Shown here: positions 27,331 to 36,063 of the stretch, piece after piece
Layout: each line of letters starts with the position of its first letter
How positions within the stretch are numbered: position 1 is the stretch's first letter
Assembly: GCA_036677065.1 (NCBI GenBank)
Contig: JAKFBS010000003.1
Coordinates: 160,001-224,000 of the forward strand
DNA length: 64,000 bases
Origin: Bdellovibrio sp.
Lineage (GTDB): Bacteria; Bdellovibrionota; Bdellovibrionia; Bdellovibrionales; Bdellovibrionaceae
Direction of reading: 5' to 3'
Notes under the pieces: model-generated
Told to the model about the DNA's origin: nothing
Seen by the model: the letters and a program-made list of their open reading frames with translations, nothing else
Database searches by the model: none
Position numbers and translations under genes: made by a program

Positions 27331-28092
27331 TTATTCATCATCAGGCAAAAATGTTTTAATTTTTCCGGCTACTTTTTCTAACAAATTTTGAATTCTTTGA
27401 ATTCTTTGAATCGCTGGTGTTTCGTGTTTCATTAGCTTGCAGAACAATTCATACGATTGAAGCATGATTTGCCCAGTAGCGAGTCCAGTGTGTCGCAGAA
27501 GCGATGAATAGTCACGATCTGAAGTTGGTTTTACACCACCACCAGGGCTGTGATAAATATTAAAAGACTGTCTATTTCCATGAACGTACATGCTAGCCGG
27601 AACATAAATGTTTAAATACGTCGAAAGTTCCTTACGCTCTTCAAAAAGCTGGTAGGCTTTCTGTAAATTACTTTCATATTCTTCATGAAATTGCCGAGTT
27701 TTTTCCTTCATATCTTCAAAGAACTTTGGCTCCTGATTAAACCCACTCACCGCATGATGTTTTATGGTTTTTTTAAGCCAAATTTCCTTTTCCACTCCGG
27801 CATGCTTTAGATGTCTATCATTGAAATCTTTGTCTTCGATCGAAGATTTGAGAAGTATGTAGGACTCAGATAATGATCTTAATAAAATTTGTGCAGGTAC
27901 TACTTGATCTAAACTAGTTGATATTAGAATTGAAATTGATTTAAAAATTTCTGCAATGCGAATAAAGAAAATATAGGAAATAATTTCAGTATCGCTAAAA
28001 GTAGGTATTAACTCTTTTAGGTCTTCATCAATAATGATGCTGATTTGTTCTAGTAAGTTGTCGATTTCAGTTTGAAGTTCTTGTTGAGTCAT
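27331..28092 (-). CDS. DUF5677-like (HEPN-related) all-helical protein
   Basis: A.ILLRSL.E..I.L and Y...S.YVHG motifs. Confidence 0.65.
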   Translation of the reverse strand: MTQQELQTEIDNLLEQISIIIDEDLKELIPTFSDTEIISYIFFIRIAEIFKSISILISTSLDQVVPAQILLRSLSESYILLKSSIEDKDFNDRHLKHAGVEKEIWLKKTIKHHAVSGFNQEPKFFEDMKEKTRQFHEEYESNLQKAYQLFEERKELSTYLNIYVPASMYVHGNRQSFNIYHSPGGGVKPTSDRDYSSLLRHTGLATGQIMLQSYELFCKLMKHETPAIQRIQRIQNLLEKVAGKIKTFLPDDE

Positions 28093-28148
28093 TTGATGAA
28101 TGCTATCGCCTCAAGCGCATTCTGTCTTTATATGAATTGTCTAAAAAG

Positions 28149-28300
28149 CTACCCGGGTAGGATAACCTGTAAGCCATCTCATTATGAGGCACTCCGTTAA
28201 ATCCATAAATTACACGTATTTAACGCGTACTTCGACCAATTGACAGTTTACATTGTAAATTTACATAGTTACCCGGGTAACATCCTTGTTTACATTGTAA
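28149..28300. promoter_or_regulatory. Divergent promoter region with multiple operator palindromes
   Basis: CTACCCGGGTAG 28149-28160; TTGACA 28240-28245; TTACATTGTAA 28248-28258 and 28290-28300; GTTACCCGGGTAAC 28268-28281. Confidence 0.8.
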
Positions 28301-28324
28301 TGTTCAAATGTTAAGCTCAATTTT

Positions 28325-28549
28325 ATGAAAAAACAATCAGGTTCCGCAAAGCAAACTCGAGAGAGATTAAAAGATCTTAGAGAGAAATTAAATATGACTC
28401 AAAGGGAGCTTGCAGAAGAGTTTTATGTAACTGCGGGAGCAATTAATCTTTGGGAAAGTGGTAAACGAGCAATTCCAGGACCCGCTAGGAAATTGATTGA
28501 AGTATATGAGCGAATCTTAGTTTCTAGAAGAGGTGAAAGTGGCAACTAA
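28325..28549 (+). CDS. XRE family helix-turn-helix regulator
   Basis: LKDLREKLNMTQRELAEEFYVTAGAINLWESGKRAIP. Confidence 0.92.
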   Translation: MKKQSGSAKQTRERLKDLREKLNMTQRELAEEFYVTAGAINLWESGKRAIPGPARKLIEVYERILVSRRGESGN

Positions 28550-29795
28550 ATCGACGACAAAAAAGCCTGGAAAGAAACCTGCAAAGAGTTCTCCAAAAGT
28601 AACAGAGAAGCAGAACGTTTTTGAGATACCATTTGATGAAGATTTATTTCATCAAACATTTCACAGCCTATTGAAAAAAGTAGATATTCAGAGTGGTTTA
28701 GAACCTGAAGAGATTGTGGTAGACGATGAAACGGAAGAGGAAGAAGAGCTGGAGTTTCATCGGTTAAAATATGATCCATCCTCTATTCGAGTATCCTTTA
28801 GGCAATTTCCACTGGATTTATTAATAAAACGAATTGCCGAGGGTGCCATTAACTTTAGTCCTGGGTTTCAAAGAGCAGCAAATATTTGGGGTCTAAAAGA
28901 AAAAGGCCGCTTAATAGAATCAATTTTAATTCAAATTCCATTGCCTGTATTTTATTTAGATAGTTCAAGTGAAGATCGTTGGGATGTAATCGACGGCGTT
29001 CAGCGTCTTAGTACATTCAAAGCATTCGCTGTTGATAAAACGCTTAAATTAAAAGGTTTAGAATTCATGCCTGAGTTAAATGGAAAAGGTTATGATGATT
29101 TGCCAAGAAGTTTGCAACGACGATTCTTAGAATATAATTTAACATTGTACCTAATTGAAAAAGGAACTCCCGCCAGAGTAAAGCAAAGTATCTATGAGAG
29201 AATCAATACTGGAGGAGCTGTTTTAGTTCCTCAGGAGATTAGACATGCAATTTTTCAAGGCCCAGCAACTAAGCTCTTAGAAGATATGGCTAGTTTAGAA
29301 AGCTTTAAAAAAGCCACAAATAATGGTATCAACAGTTTAAGGATGGCAGACAAAGAGTGTGCTCTTCGGTTTGTTACATTTCTGTTGAAGGATTATCGTA
29401 ATTATAAAACAAAAGACATGGATAAGTTCTTGAGCGATACAATGGAAAATTTGTCTAGCATGTCAGTGAGCGAACTCTCTTCCATTAAAACTAAGTTCGA
29501 TCATTCTATGAAAATTTGTTTCACTATTTTCGGTTCACAGGCATTTAGAAAGCCTGGACCAAAATCGCCGATTAACAAAGCTCTTTTTGAAACTATTTCA
29601 TCGGCAATTGCGAAACTTTCTGATGACGAACAGCTCCAGCTTTTGGAAAATCAAAAGCCTTTCAAGAGTAAATTTATTAAATTATTTAAGGATCAAGATT
29701 TTATCGCGTCAATTAGTACTGGAACTGGTGACGTAATTAATGTGCACAATAGATTCGAAGAAATTGAAAAACTTATGCAAGGATTGACAGTATGA
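28533..29795 (+). CDS. DUF262 (ParB/Srx-like, GmrSD-N) domain protein; Menshen NsnA-like
   Basis: PGFQR..W, LIESILIQIPLP, VIDGVQRL, YERINTGG..L..QEIR motifs. Confidence 0.88.
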   Translation: MKVATKSTTKKPGKKPAKSSPKVTEKQNVFEIPFDEDLFHQTFHSLLKKVDIQSGLEPEEIVVDDETEEEEELEFHRLKYDPSSIRVSFRQFPLDLLIKRIAEGAINFSPGFQRAANIWGLKEKGRLIESILIQIPLPVFYLDSSSEDRWDVIDGVQRLSTFKAFAVDKTLKLKGLEFMPELNGKGYDDLPRSLQRRFLEYNLTLYLIEKGTPARVKQSIYERINTGGAVLVPQEIRHAIFQGPATKLLEDMASLESFKKATNNGINSLRMADKECALRFVTFLLKDYRNYKTKDMDKFLSDTMENLSSMSVSELSSIKTKFDHSMKICFTIFGSQAFRKPGPKSPINKALFETISSAIAKLSDDEQLQLLENQKPFKSKFIKLFKDQDFIASISTGTGDVINVHNRFEEIEKLMQGLTV

Positions 29796-30895
29796 TTAGC
29801 AGCATTACCTTAAAGAACTTCAAATGTTTCAAAGACGAAACACTTACAGTTAAGCCATTAACTTTGCTTTCTGGTGTAAATGGCATGGGAAAATCTACTT
29901 TTATACAATCTTTGCTATCAATACGACAATCCCATATGCAAAATATACTTCCTAAAATTGGATTGTCTTTAAATGGTGACCTTGTAAAATTAGGAACTGC
30001 AAAAGATGTTTTATTTGAATATGCAAACGAAGAAGAAATTCAATTAAAAGTTATGTTCAAAAGTGGAAAGAACGGGGACTTTACCTTTGATTATAATCAA
30101 TCATCTGACGTGCTACCTATAAAAAGCAATGCATCAGTAGATGGTCTATTTGTCGAAAATCTTTTCACTGATAATTTCCATTATTTATCTGCGGAAAGAA
30201 TTGGTCCTAGATTAGCGTTTGAGATGTCTGACTTTCACGTTGTTCAGCATAGGCAGTTAGGAAGTTCCGGACAATATACAGCGCATTTTCTTGCACAATA
30301 CGGCTCCCAAGCTTTAAAAATTCCTGCGCTAAGCTGGGCGCCAGAAATCAGTGACACTTTAAATGCAAATGTTGAAGCTTGGTTAGGAACGATTAGTCCA
30401 GGTACAAGGTTAGTTTTAACACCGCACTCTGGTATGGGGCTAGTTAACTTGGAGTATTCTTTTGCACGGGGAAAAGAAACTCCTACAAAAGCATACCGAC
30501 CTACAAACGTGGGATTTGGTATCACCTTTATCTTGCCAGTATTGGTAGCTTTGCTTTCATCAGAGCCAGGATCAATTTTATTGATTGAAAATCCTGAGGC
30601 GCATCTTCATCCAAAAGGTCAGTTTATGCTTGGCCGCTTAATGGCATTGGCAGCTAATAATGGAATTCAACTTATAGTTGAGTCTCACAGCGACCATTTT
30701 TTAAATGGAATTCGAGTAGCAGTTAAAGATAAGTTAATTGATTACAGCAAAACATCGATCAACTTTTTTGAATTTGAGAAAGAAGCCTCAAGCTCTAAAA
30801 TCAAGAATTTAAAAATAGATTCTGAAGGTAAAATTGATCAATGGCCAGATGGTTTCTTTGATGAATGGGAAAAGTCGTTAGAGAAGTTAATTTAA
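29792..30895 (+). CDS. ABC/SMC-type AAA ATPase with DUF3696 C-terminus; Menshen NsnB-like
   Basis: LKNFKCF, Walker A GVNGMGKS, NVGFG, IENPEAHLHP, VESHSDH, WPDGFFD; ATGA overlap with the upstream gene. Confidence 0.9.
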   Translation: MISSITLKNFKCFKDETLTVKPLTLLSGVNGMGKSTFIQSLLSIRQSHMQNILPKIGLSLNGDLVKLGTAKDVLFEYANEEEIQLKVMFKSGKNGDFTFDYNQSSDVLPIKSNASVDGLFVENLFTDNFHYLSAERIGPRLAFEMSDFHVVQHRQLGSSGQYTAHFLAQYGSQALKIPALSWAPEISDTLNANVEAWLGTISPGTRLVLTPHSGMGLVNLEYSFARGKETPTKAYRPTNVGFGITFILPVLVALLSSEPGSILLIENPEAHLHPKGQFMLGRLMALAANNGIQLIVESHSDHFLNGIRVAVKDKLIDYSKTSINFFEFEKEASSSKIKNLKIDSEGKIDQWPDGFFDEWEKSLEKLI

Positions 30896-31861
30896 ATGGA
30901 ACTAGAGTATATTTTTAATGAATTGTCTATCGAGCCTGCTGTGGGTCTGGCAGAAGCCCACCAGGTAATGGACAATTTCATAGAAATTCTTAAGTCATCC
31001 AGAGCAATTGGTATTAAGCCAAATATTCGCTCTTCAGTTGATTTAAAGTCTGTTCAATTAAAAGACGGATATTACGTTTCCAATTGGTGTGCCAACCAGG
31101 ACGTAAATAAAGAACGCAGATTGTATTTACTAACGTTGAGTACGAAGTTTCCGCTCGTAAGCGATTTGCCTGAGTGTTTGGAAGAAAATTTAAAAGAAGT
31201 TGAGGTTCAGTTTGAGGGGCGACAAGGTGAGGGCCTAACTCTTGCCCATTTGACTAAGAATCCCGTTATTAGTCTCAATACGCATGTGAAATGGAATCCA
31301 GACATTTTGCAAGTTCAAGTTAAGACAATGAAAATTCATTCTGATGAGCGTTTTGAAATTTTAGATTCAAATGCTTCATTACTTAATTTTTGTATTCCTT
31401 CCAATGTGACTACACATTTACCTAATATTCCTAAATTGCAAAAGCAAAGATGCACGTCAATCGAGGATTTTTGGCAAAAGAAAAATGCGTGGTTTCCCAA
31501 TTTAGAATTCGCACCCACATTGCTAGATAATTTGGAAGCTATCGGTATGAAAAGTCCAATTTTTTCACAAGCCGTTCAGTTGTTTTCAGACTTTGATATA
31601 TTTTGCAACAGCTGGACAAGCGGACCTTGTGCTATAGTTACAAGTTTACCAAACATATCTGCGGAGTCAGCTCCTACAATGCAGACATATGGACATCTTA
31701 GAAAGTTTAAAGATGAAACTGGCGCAGACATAACTTGTGAACTTCATGCCAGATTAACCCCAGGTGCACATAGGCTTCATTTTTATCCTGATCCTACTTC
31801 AAAAAAAATCTTTATTGGGTATGTCGGGTGGAAACTAGCTTGTACTAAATTTCCAACTTAA
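30896..31861 (+). CDS. Third defence-operon protein, putative effector with a C-terminal RelE-like segment; Menshen NsnC-like
   Basis: Starts directly after the ATPase stop; N-terminal IFNELS; C-terminal HARLTPGAHRLHFYPD...KIFIGYVG. Confidence 0.7.
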   Translation: MELEYIFNELSIEPAVGLAEAHQVMDNFIEILKSSRAIGIKPNIRSSVDLKSVQLKDGYYVSNWCANQDVNKERRLYLLTLSTKFPLVSDLPECLEENLKEVEVQFEGRQGEGLTLAHLTKNPVISLNTHVKWNPDILQVQVKTMKIHSDERFEILDSNASLLNFCIPSNVTTHLPNIPKLQKQRCTSIEDFWQKKNAWFPNLEFAPTLLDNLEAIGMKSPIFSQAVQLFSDFDIFCNSWTSGPCAIVTSLPNISAESAPTMQTYGHLRKFKDETGADITCELHARLTPGAHRLHFYPDPTSKKIFIGYVGWKLACTKFPT

Positions 31862-31889
31862 AATTTTTATCTTTCCACGATACGTTTAA

Positions 31890-32445
31890 TTTTAGCTATT
31901 TGTTCTAGACGAGGGATGTAAGTTGCATCTTTGGCGTAAACCCTACCTCATTCAGGATGTTAAGTTTCGCGGAAAATACGATTACTGTTACTAGAACGCG
32001 AGACAAATACGAACTTAAGCAAAGAACTAAGACGAGGATTAAACGTGTAATTCCTATGAATCAACTAGGACAACGCTCTTACATTTATGGAGTAAGCGAC
32101 GTGGAAATTCTGATTTGGCTTTTTTAAAGAAATTGGGAGAACCAATCAATCCCCCATATTGATCACCAGTTTCATGCAGCTCAAGCTTTGTCGAAGATCG
32201 GTAGCATTATTAGATTTCATGATCTTCGACACACGTTTGCGAGTCAGTTTGAAATCAATGGTGGTAGTATTTACGATCTTCAGAAGTTCTTGGGGCACAC
32301 TGATATAAGTATGACTTTAAAGTATGCGCTCTTATCACAAGAGCATCTTCAGCGGTCGATGAAAAACTTTAGCTTAGTCGAGAGCGGAAAGGTTTTGAGA
32401 CTTCAGGAATTCGCAAAACTTGGAAAAGCTTACCCAAAAATGTGA
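31890..32445 (+). pseudogene. Truncated, frameshifted tyrosine recombinase (phage integrase family)
   Basis: Fragment TITVTRTR...RTKTRIKRVIPMN (from ~31969, ends in a stop) and separate C-terminal fragment RFHDLRHTFASQ...LQKFLGHTDISMTLKY (32188-32445). Confidence 0.88.
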
Positions 32446-32476
32446 ATCAGTAATTTGAATTTTGAGAGAGAAAACG

Positions 32477-32502
32477 AAGAACGAAAATGGTGCCCAGTGA
32501 GG
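32477..32502. repeat. att direct repeat, right end of the island, overlapping the tRNA 3' end
   Basis: Identical to 26074-26099. Confidence 0.95.
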
Positions 32503-32572
32503 GAGTCGAACCCCCATGCCTCGCGGCGCTAGGTTCTAAGCCTAGTGTGTCTGCCAATTCCACCAACTGGGC
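32488..32572 (-). tRNA. tRNA-Leu (anticodon TAG)
   Basis: Reverse complement GCCCAGTTGGTGGAATTGGCAGACACACTAGGCT-TAG-AACCTAGCGCCGCGAGGCATGGGGGTTCGACTCCCTCACTGGGCACCA; long variable arm, TTCGA T-loop, CCA end. Confidence 0.97.
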
Positions 32573-32626
32573 ACAGACGTAAACAGACGGTCAAATTAAC
32601 CGTCCTTACATAAAAAGACAAATAAA

Positions 32627-33019
32627 TTATTTATCGCTGATTAACTTTTTGTAATCAGGGGCGCGCATTAAAGCCGCTAATTCTTTTTCAGAATCCATTT
32701 CGATGCGTACTAACCAACCTAAGTTGTTTGGGTCGTCGTTTAAAGAAGCAGGATCGTCTAATAAAGCCGAGTTGACTTCGATAACTGTGCCTGAAACTGG
32801 GGCAAATAAGTCAGAAACAGCTTTAACTGATTCTACAACGCCGAAAGCTTGGTTTTGCGTTACTTTTTGTCCTTCTTCTGGAAGATCAACGTAAACGATT
32901 TCGCCTAATTGGTCTTGAGCGAACTCAGTAACACCTACAGTTACGATATTTTCGTCAACTTGAGCCCACTCGTGGTCTTTTGTGTAATAAAAATCTTCTG
33001 GGATGTGAAATGTAGCCAT
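32627..33019 (-). CDS. gcvH: Glycine cleavage system H protein
   Basis: YTKDHEW, AQDQLGEIVYVDLP, lipoyl motif VESVKAVSD. Confidence 0.97.
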   Translation of the reverse strand: MATFHIPEDFYYTKDHEWAQVDENIVTVGVTEFAQDQLGEIVYVDLPEEGQKVTQNQAFGVVESVKAVSDLFAPVSGTVIEVNSALLDDPASLNDDPNNLGWLVRIEMDSEKELAALMRAPDYKKLISDK

Positions 33020-33032
33020 TTTTAGCTCCTAG

Positions 33033-34118
33033 TTACTTTTGGACGAAAGGTGTTTTAACGACAACAGATTTAACAAGCTTTCCGCGAATGTCCACGAAAA
33101 TCTCAGAGCCTTCTGCCGAATGCGCAGTTGCAACGTAAGCAATGCCGATCGGTTCATCAAGAGTCGGTGAATGCGTGCCGCTCGTCGTGATGCCGATGAC
33201 TTCACCTGCTGCATTTTTAATCTCATAACCTTGGCGGGGAATTCCGCGCTCTAAAGTCTTATAGCCGATCAATTTACGTTTAAGGCCTTGTTCTTTGGCC
33301 GCAACGATTTGCGCCTTATTCATAAAGTCTTTAGCTTGCGGTTTAATAACCCAACCTAAAAGCGCTTCATAAGGGTTTGTCGTATCATCAATCTCGTGAC
33401 CGTAAAGAGAGTACTTCATTTCAGTGCGTAAAGAATCACGCGCGCCTAAACCAACCGGAACTGGTTTTAACGGATGTGCCATTAGTGCATTCCATAGTGC
33501 AGATGTTCCTGCAGCTTCTACGAAAACTTCGCAACCGGCTTCGCCCGTGTAACCAGTTGTGGCGATCATCACATTGAAGTTTTGAAATTTAGATTTTTTA
33601 ATTTCGTTACGAGCCCAAGTGCTTGGTTTCATCTCTGGAAAAATTTGATCACATAGTTCTAAAGCTTTTGGTCCTTGAATAGCGATTTGTCCCCATTGCG
33701 AAGATTCATTCGTGATATCGGCACCGGCTTTATTATTTTTAGTCATCCACGCGAAATCTTTTTCGATGTTTGAAGCGTTCACGCAAACTAAGTAGTCAGC
33801 ATTTTTTTCTAAACAATAAACAAAGATGTCATCGACAAGGCCACCTTGATCGTTGGGTAATAAGCTGTAGTGCGCTTGTCCTGGCTCTAATTTAGAGACA
33901 TCGTTCGTCGTTAACCATTGAAGGCTTTCAACTGCCTTAGGGCCTTTAAATCGAATTTCACCCATGTGCGAAACATCAAACAAGCCGATGTGTGTGCGGC
34001 AAGCTGTGTGCTCTTCTTTAAGACTAGTGTACTGAACGGGCATTTCCCAGCCAGCAAAGTCGACAATACGAGCGTTTAATTTTACATGATCTGCATAAAG
34101 TGGAGTTTTTTGTGACAT
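33033..34118 (-). CDS. gcvT: Glycine cleavage system aminomethyltransferase T
   Basis: FAGWEMPVQY, GLFDVSHMGE, TGYTGE, GLGARDSLR. Confidence 0.97.
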   Translation of the reverse strand: MSQKTPLYADHVKLNARIVDFAGWEMPVQYTSLKEEHTACRTHIGLFDVSHMGEIRFKGPKAVESLQWLTTNDVSKLEPGQAHYSLLPNDQGGLVDDIFVYCLEKNADYLVCVNASNIEKDFAWMTKNNKAGADITNESSQWGQIAIQGPKALELCDQIFPEMKPSTWARNEIKKSKFQNFNVMIATTGYTGEAGCEVFVEAAGTSALWNALMAHPLKPVPVGLGARDSLRTEMKYSLYGHEIDDTTNPYEALLGWVIKPQAKDFMNKAQIVAAKEQGLKRKLIGYKTLERGIPRQGYEIKNAAGEVIGITTSGTHSPTLDEPIGIAYVATAHSAEGSEIFVDIRGKLVKSVVVKTPFVQK

Positions 34119-34133
34119 GGCTCAGAACGTACA

Positions 34134-34331
34134 ATGTTAGGCCTTACTGAATCAAGTTTTTTCACCTATGATGCGACTATGGATGACGGTCATTTTCTAT
34201 CGTTTGCGACAATCTCATTGGGTATCGTTTTATTTTTTGTCTTAGCTTTAGGCGGCGTGTTTATTTATCTGTTTTTACGTGGGCCAAGGCCTGAAGCTAC
34301 ATTGCAAGAAATCAAAACTAACAAAGACTAA
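34134..34331 (+). CDS. Small single-pass membrane protein (start may be 34180)
   Basis: Hydrophobic segment ISLGIVLFFVLALGGVFIYLFL followed by RGPRP. Confidence 0.55.
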   Translation: MLGLTESSFFTYDATMDDGHFLSFATISLGIVLFFVLALGGVFIYLFLRGPRPEATLQEIKTNKD

Positions 34332-34401
34332 TTCGTCTCTCGAATTTTTAAACACATATAGTCGTTCTGAACTTGCTTAATGCTTTGCAAAGCGCTTTAG
34401 C

Positions 34402-34740
34402 ATGGGAAAAAATAGTCGCAAAAATAAGCTCCTTGAAAAGTACTCCAATGTGGAGTACTATGGAGATAGGGTTGAGTGGTCAAAAAATGTGGATAAGCAG
34501 CTAGACAGATTACCTGCAAACATGCGCAAGAAGTTTCATGATTGGGTAGAGTTAATTCGGGTTAGTGGAGTAGCTGTAACTAGAAGGATACCTGGATTGC
34601 ATGATGAACCCCTAAAAGGTTATCGGCAAGGTCAGCGATCAATAAGGCTTAATAGAGCTTATCGCGCGATATACATAGAAACAGCAGAAGGTGAACTTAG
34701 AGTGATCCAGGTTATAGAGGTAAATAAACATGAGTACTAA
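34402..34740 (+). CDS. RelE/HigB-superfamily type II toxin (start codon uncertain)
   Basis: PGLHDEPLKG.RQGQRSIRLNRAYRAIY; upstream of an XRE antitoxin with overlap. Confidence 0.85.
   Translation: MGKNSRKNKLLEKYSNVEYYGDRVEWSKNVDKQLDRLPANMRKKFHDWVELIRVSGVAVTRRIPGLHDEPLKGYRQGQRSIRLNRAYRAIYIETAEGELRVIQVIEVNKHEY
34433..34461 (+). promoter_or_regulatory. Sigma70 promoter with operator palindrome, TA autoregulation
   Basis: TTGAAA-17 nt-TACTAT; inverted repeat AGTACTCCA-ATG-TGGAGTACT at 34439-34459. Confidence 0.7.
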
Positions 34741-35041
34741 AAGAATATATGGAATTGCTGATTTAGAAAAAAGGCATGGGCCGATGACTATGGCTATGTC
34801 GTTAAGAGCTAATCGTCTAGCGGACGAAATTTCACAAGTTGATTTTGCTAAAAAGCTTAAAATTTCTAAGGCTAATCTATGTGATATTGAAAAAGGAAGA
34901 AAACTTGTCAGTATTGAAAGAGCCGCTAAGTTTGCAAAACTTTTACAAATGCCTGAAGCGTATTACGTGACTTTGGCTTTACGTGATCAACTGCGCGCCG
35001 CTCATCTTAAATACGAAGTTTTTATTAAAAAAGCCTCTTAA
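34730..35041 (+). CDS. HigA-like XRE antitoxin
   Basis: SD GAGG; SQVDFAKKLKISKANLCDIEKGRKLVSIERA HTH. Confidence 0.88.
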   Translation: MSTKRIYGIADLEKRHGPMTMAMSLRANRLADEISQVDFAKKLKISKANLCDIEKGRKLVSIERAAKFAKLLQMPEAYYVTLALRDQLRAAHLKYEVFIKKAS

Positions 35042-36054
35042 ATTTTAATTTTAGTTTTAATTCTAAGTTCGTTCGATTTTTTTTCGGCATCATCGGGGAT
35101 TGCGATCAGCTCACCGCGCGGGATTGTCTGATCGTTTTTTTCTTTATGCATCCACGCTAAAAATTCACGTTCGGTCGATCTGCAAACCAGTTGTCTGGTT
35201 TTACCTTTTTCATTTAGCGAATCACCCACGGTGCGCGCCATGTTTTTAATTTTCTCAGGTGGCGGTGTTTTTTTCGCTAATAAATAACTTGTCGTGATGG
35301 TTTTATTTTTAAACGGTAAATGTTTTTCAGTTTCCCAAAACCATTCCGGCGCTTGCACGTGATATCTGTCATGACACCAATCGGTTTTTGACTGCGTGAA
35401 TAGGGGACAAGCCTGTTGATGCGTGCACGGAGCCCAGATGTAATAACCACGATCTATTAATTGTTGGCGAAGCGCAGAAAGCTTTCTGCCATCATCTTGA
35501 GTTGATGGTTCTAAAATCATAATTGAATCAAAATCATAAAACCCGTTTGGAAGCTCTTGCATCTCAGTTAAACTATAAGAAAAAACTAACAATGAATTTC
35601 TATAATCAACATCTAGGTTTTTTAATTTTAATTCGTTCGAATACTCTGGATTTTTTAAATACTGTTTTAAATCAGTAAAGTTTTTTAAAGCCACAGGGGA
35701 TTGATCGATTAAAATCTGTTTCTTTAAATTTTGCGGAAGTGTTTGTGACAAAGCTAAACTGGCTGTGCCCGGGCCTGTGCCCCAGTCTACGGTAGATTGA
35801 ATGTCTTTGAAGAATTCAACTTCAAGGCCACGACGAATCACGTTTTCATTTCTGATGTAATTTAAGGGTAGGTAATAATAGCGGTAAGCTTTTTGGCAGT
35901 ACTCTTTATCCCACGGAGTCAGGTCATCGGGATTATTTACGAAGTAATCTGACAGCGTTTTAATGAAATCAGCCAAAGTTAAGGTTTTTAACTCTGGCTG
36001 GGCCGCACTAGGCTGATGAATAAGATCGAAAATTTTAGAATGCTGTTCAGACAT
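35038..36054 (-). CDS. Rsm22-like SAM-dependent methyltransferase
   Basis: AYRYYYLP.N, DWGTGPGTA, ILEP, WAPCTHQQACP...DWCH. Confidence 0.85.
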   Translation of the reverse strand: MSEQHSKIFDLIHQPSAAQPELKTLTLADFIKTLSDYFVNNPDDLTPWDKEYCQKAYRYYYLPLNYIRNENVIRRGLEVEFFKDIQSTVDWGTGPGTASLALSQTLPQNLKKQILIDQSPVALKNFTDLKQYLKNPEYSNELKLKNLDVDYRNSLLVFSYSLTEMQELPNGFYDFDSIMILEPSTQDDGRKLSALRQQLIDRGYYIWAPCTHQQACPLFTQSKTDWCHDRYHVQAPEWFWETEKHLPFKNKTITTSYLLAKKTPPPEKIKNMARTVGDSLNEKGKTRQLVCRSTEREFLAWMHKEKNDQTIPRGELIAIPDDAEKKSNELRIKTKIKI

Positions 36055-36063
36055 TCTTGTATA

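Larger units (their letters stand above)
26074..32502. mobile_element. Degenerate tyrosine-recombinase genomic island integrated at tRNA-Leu(TAG), carrying a defence operon
   Basis: 26-bp direct repeats, integrase remnant next to the tRNA, pseudogenes, codon usage visibly different from flanks (frequent AGA/ATA/GGA). Confidence 0.92.

Noticed and set aside
32188..32445. Functional standalone integrase
   Set aside because: The 85-aa fragment has only the HxxR, H and Y motifs; upstream catalytic segments are in broken frames and the N-terminal domains are missing.
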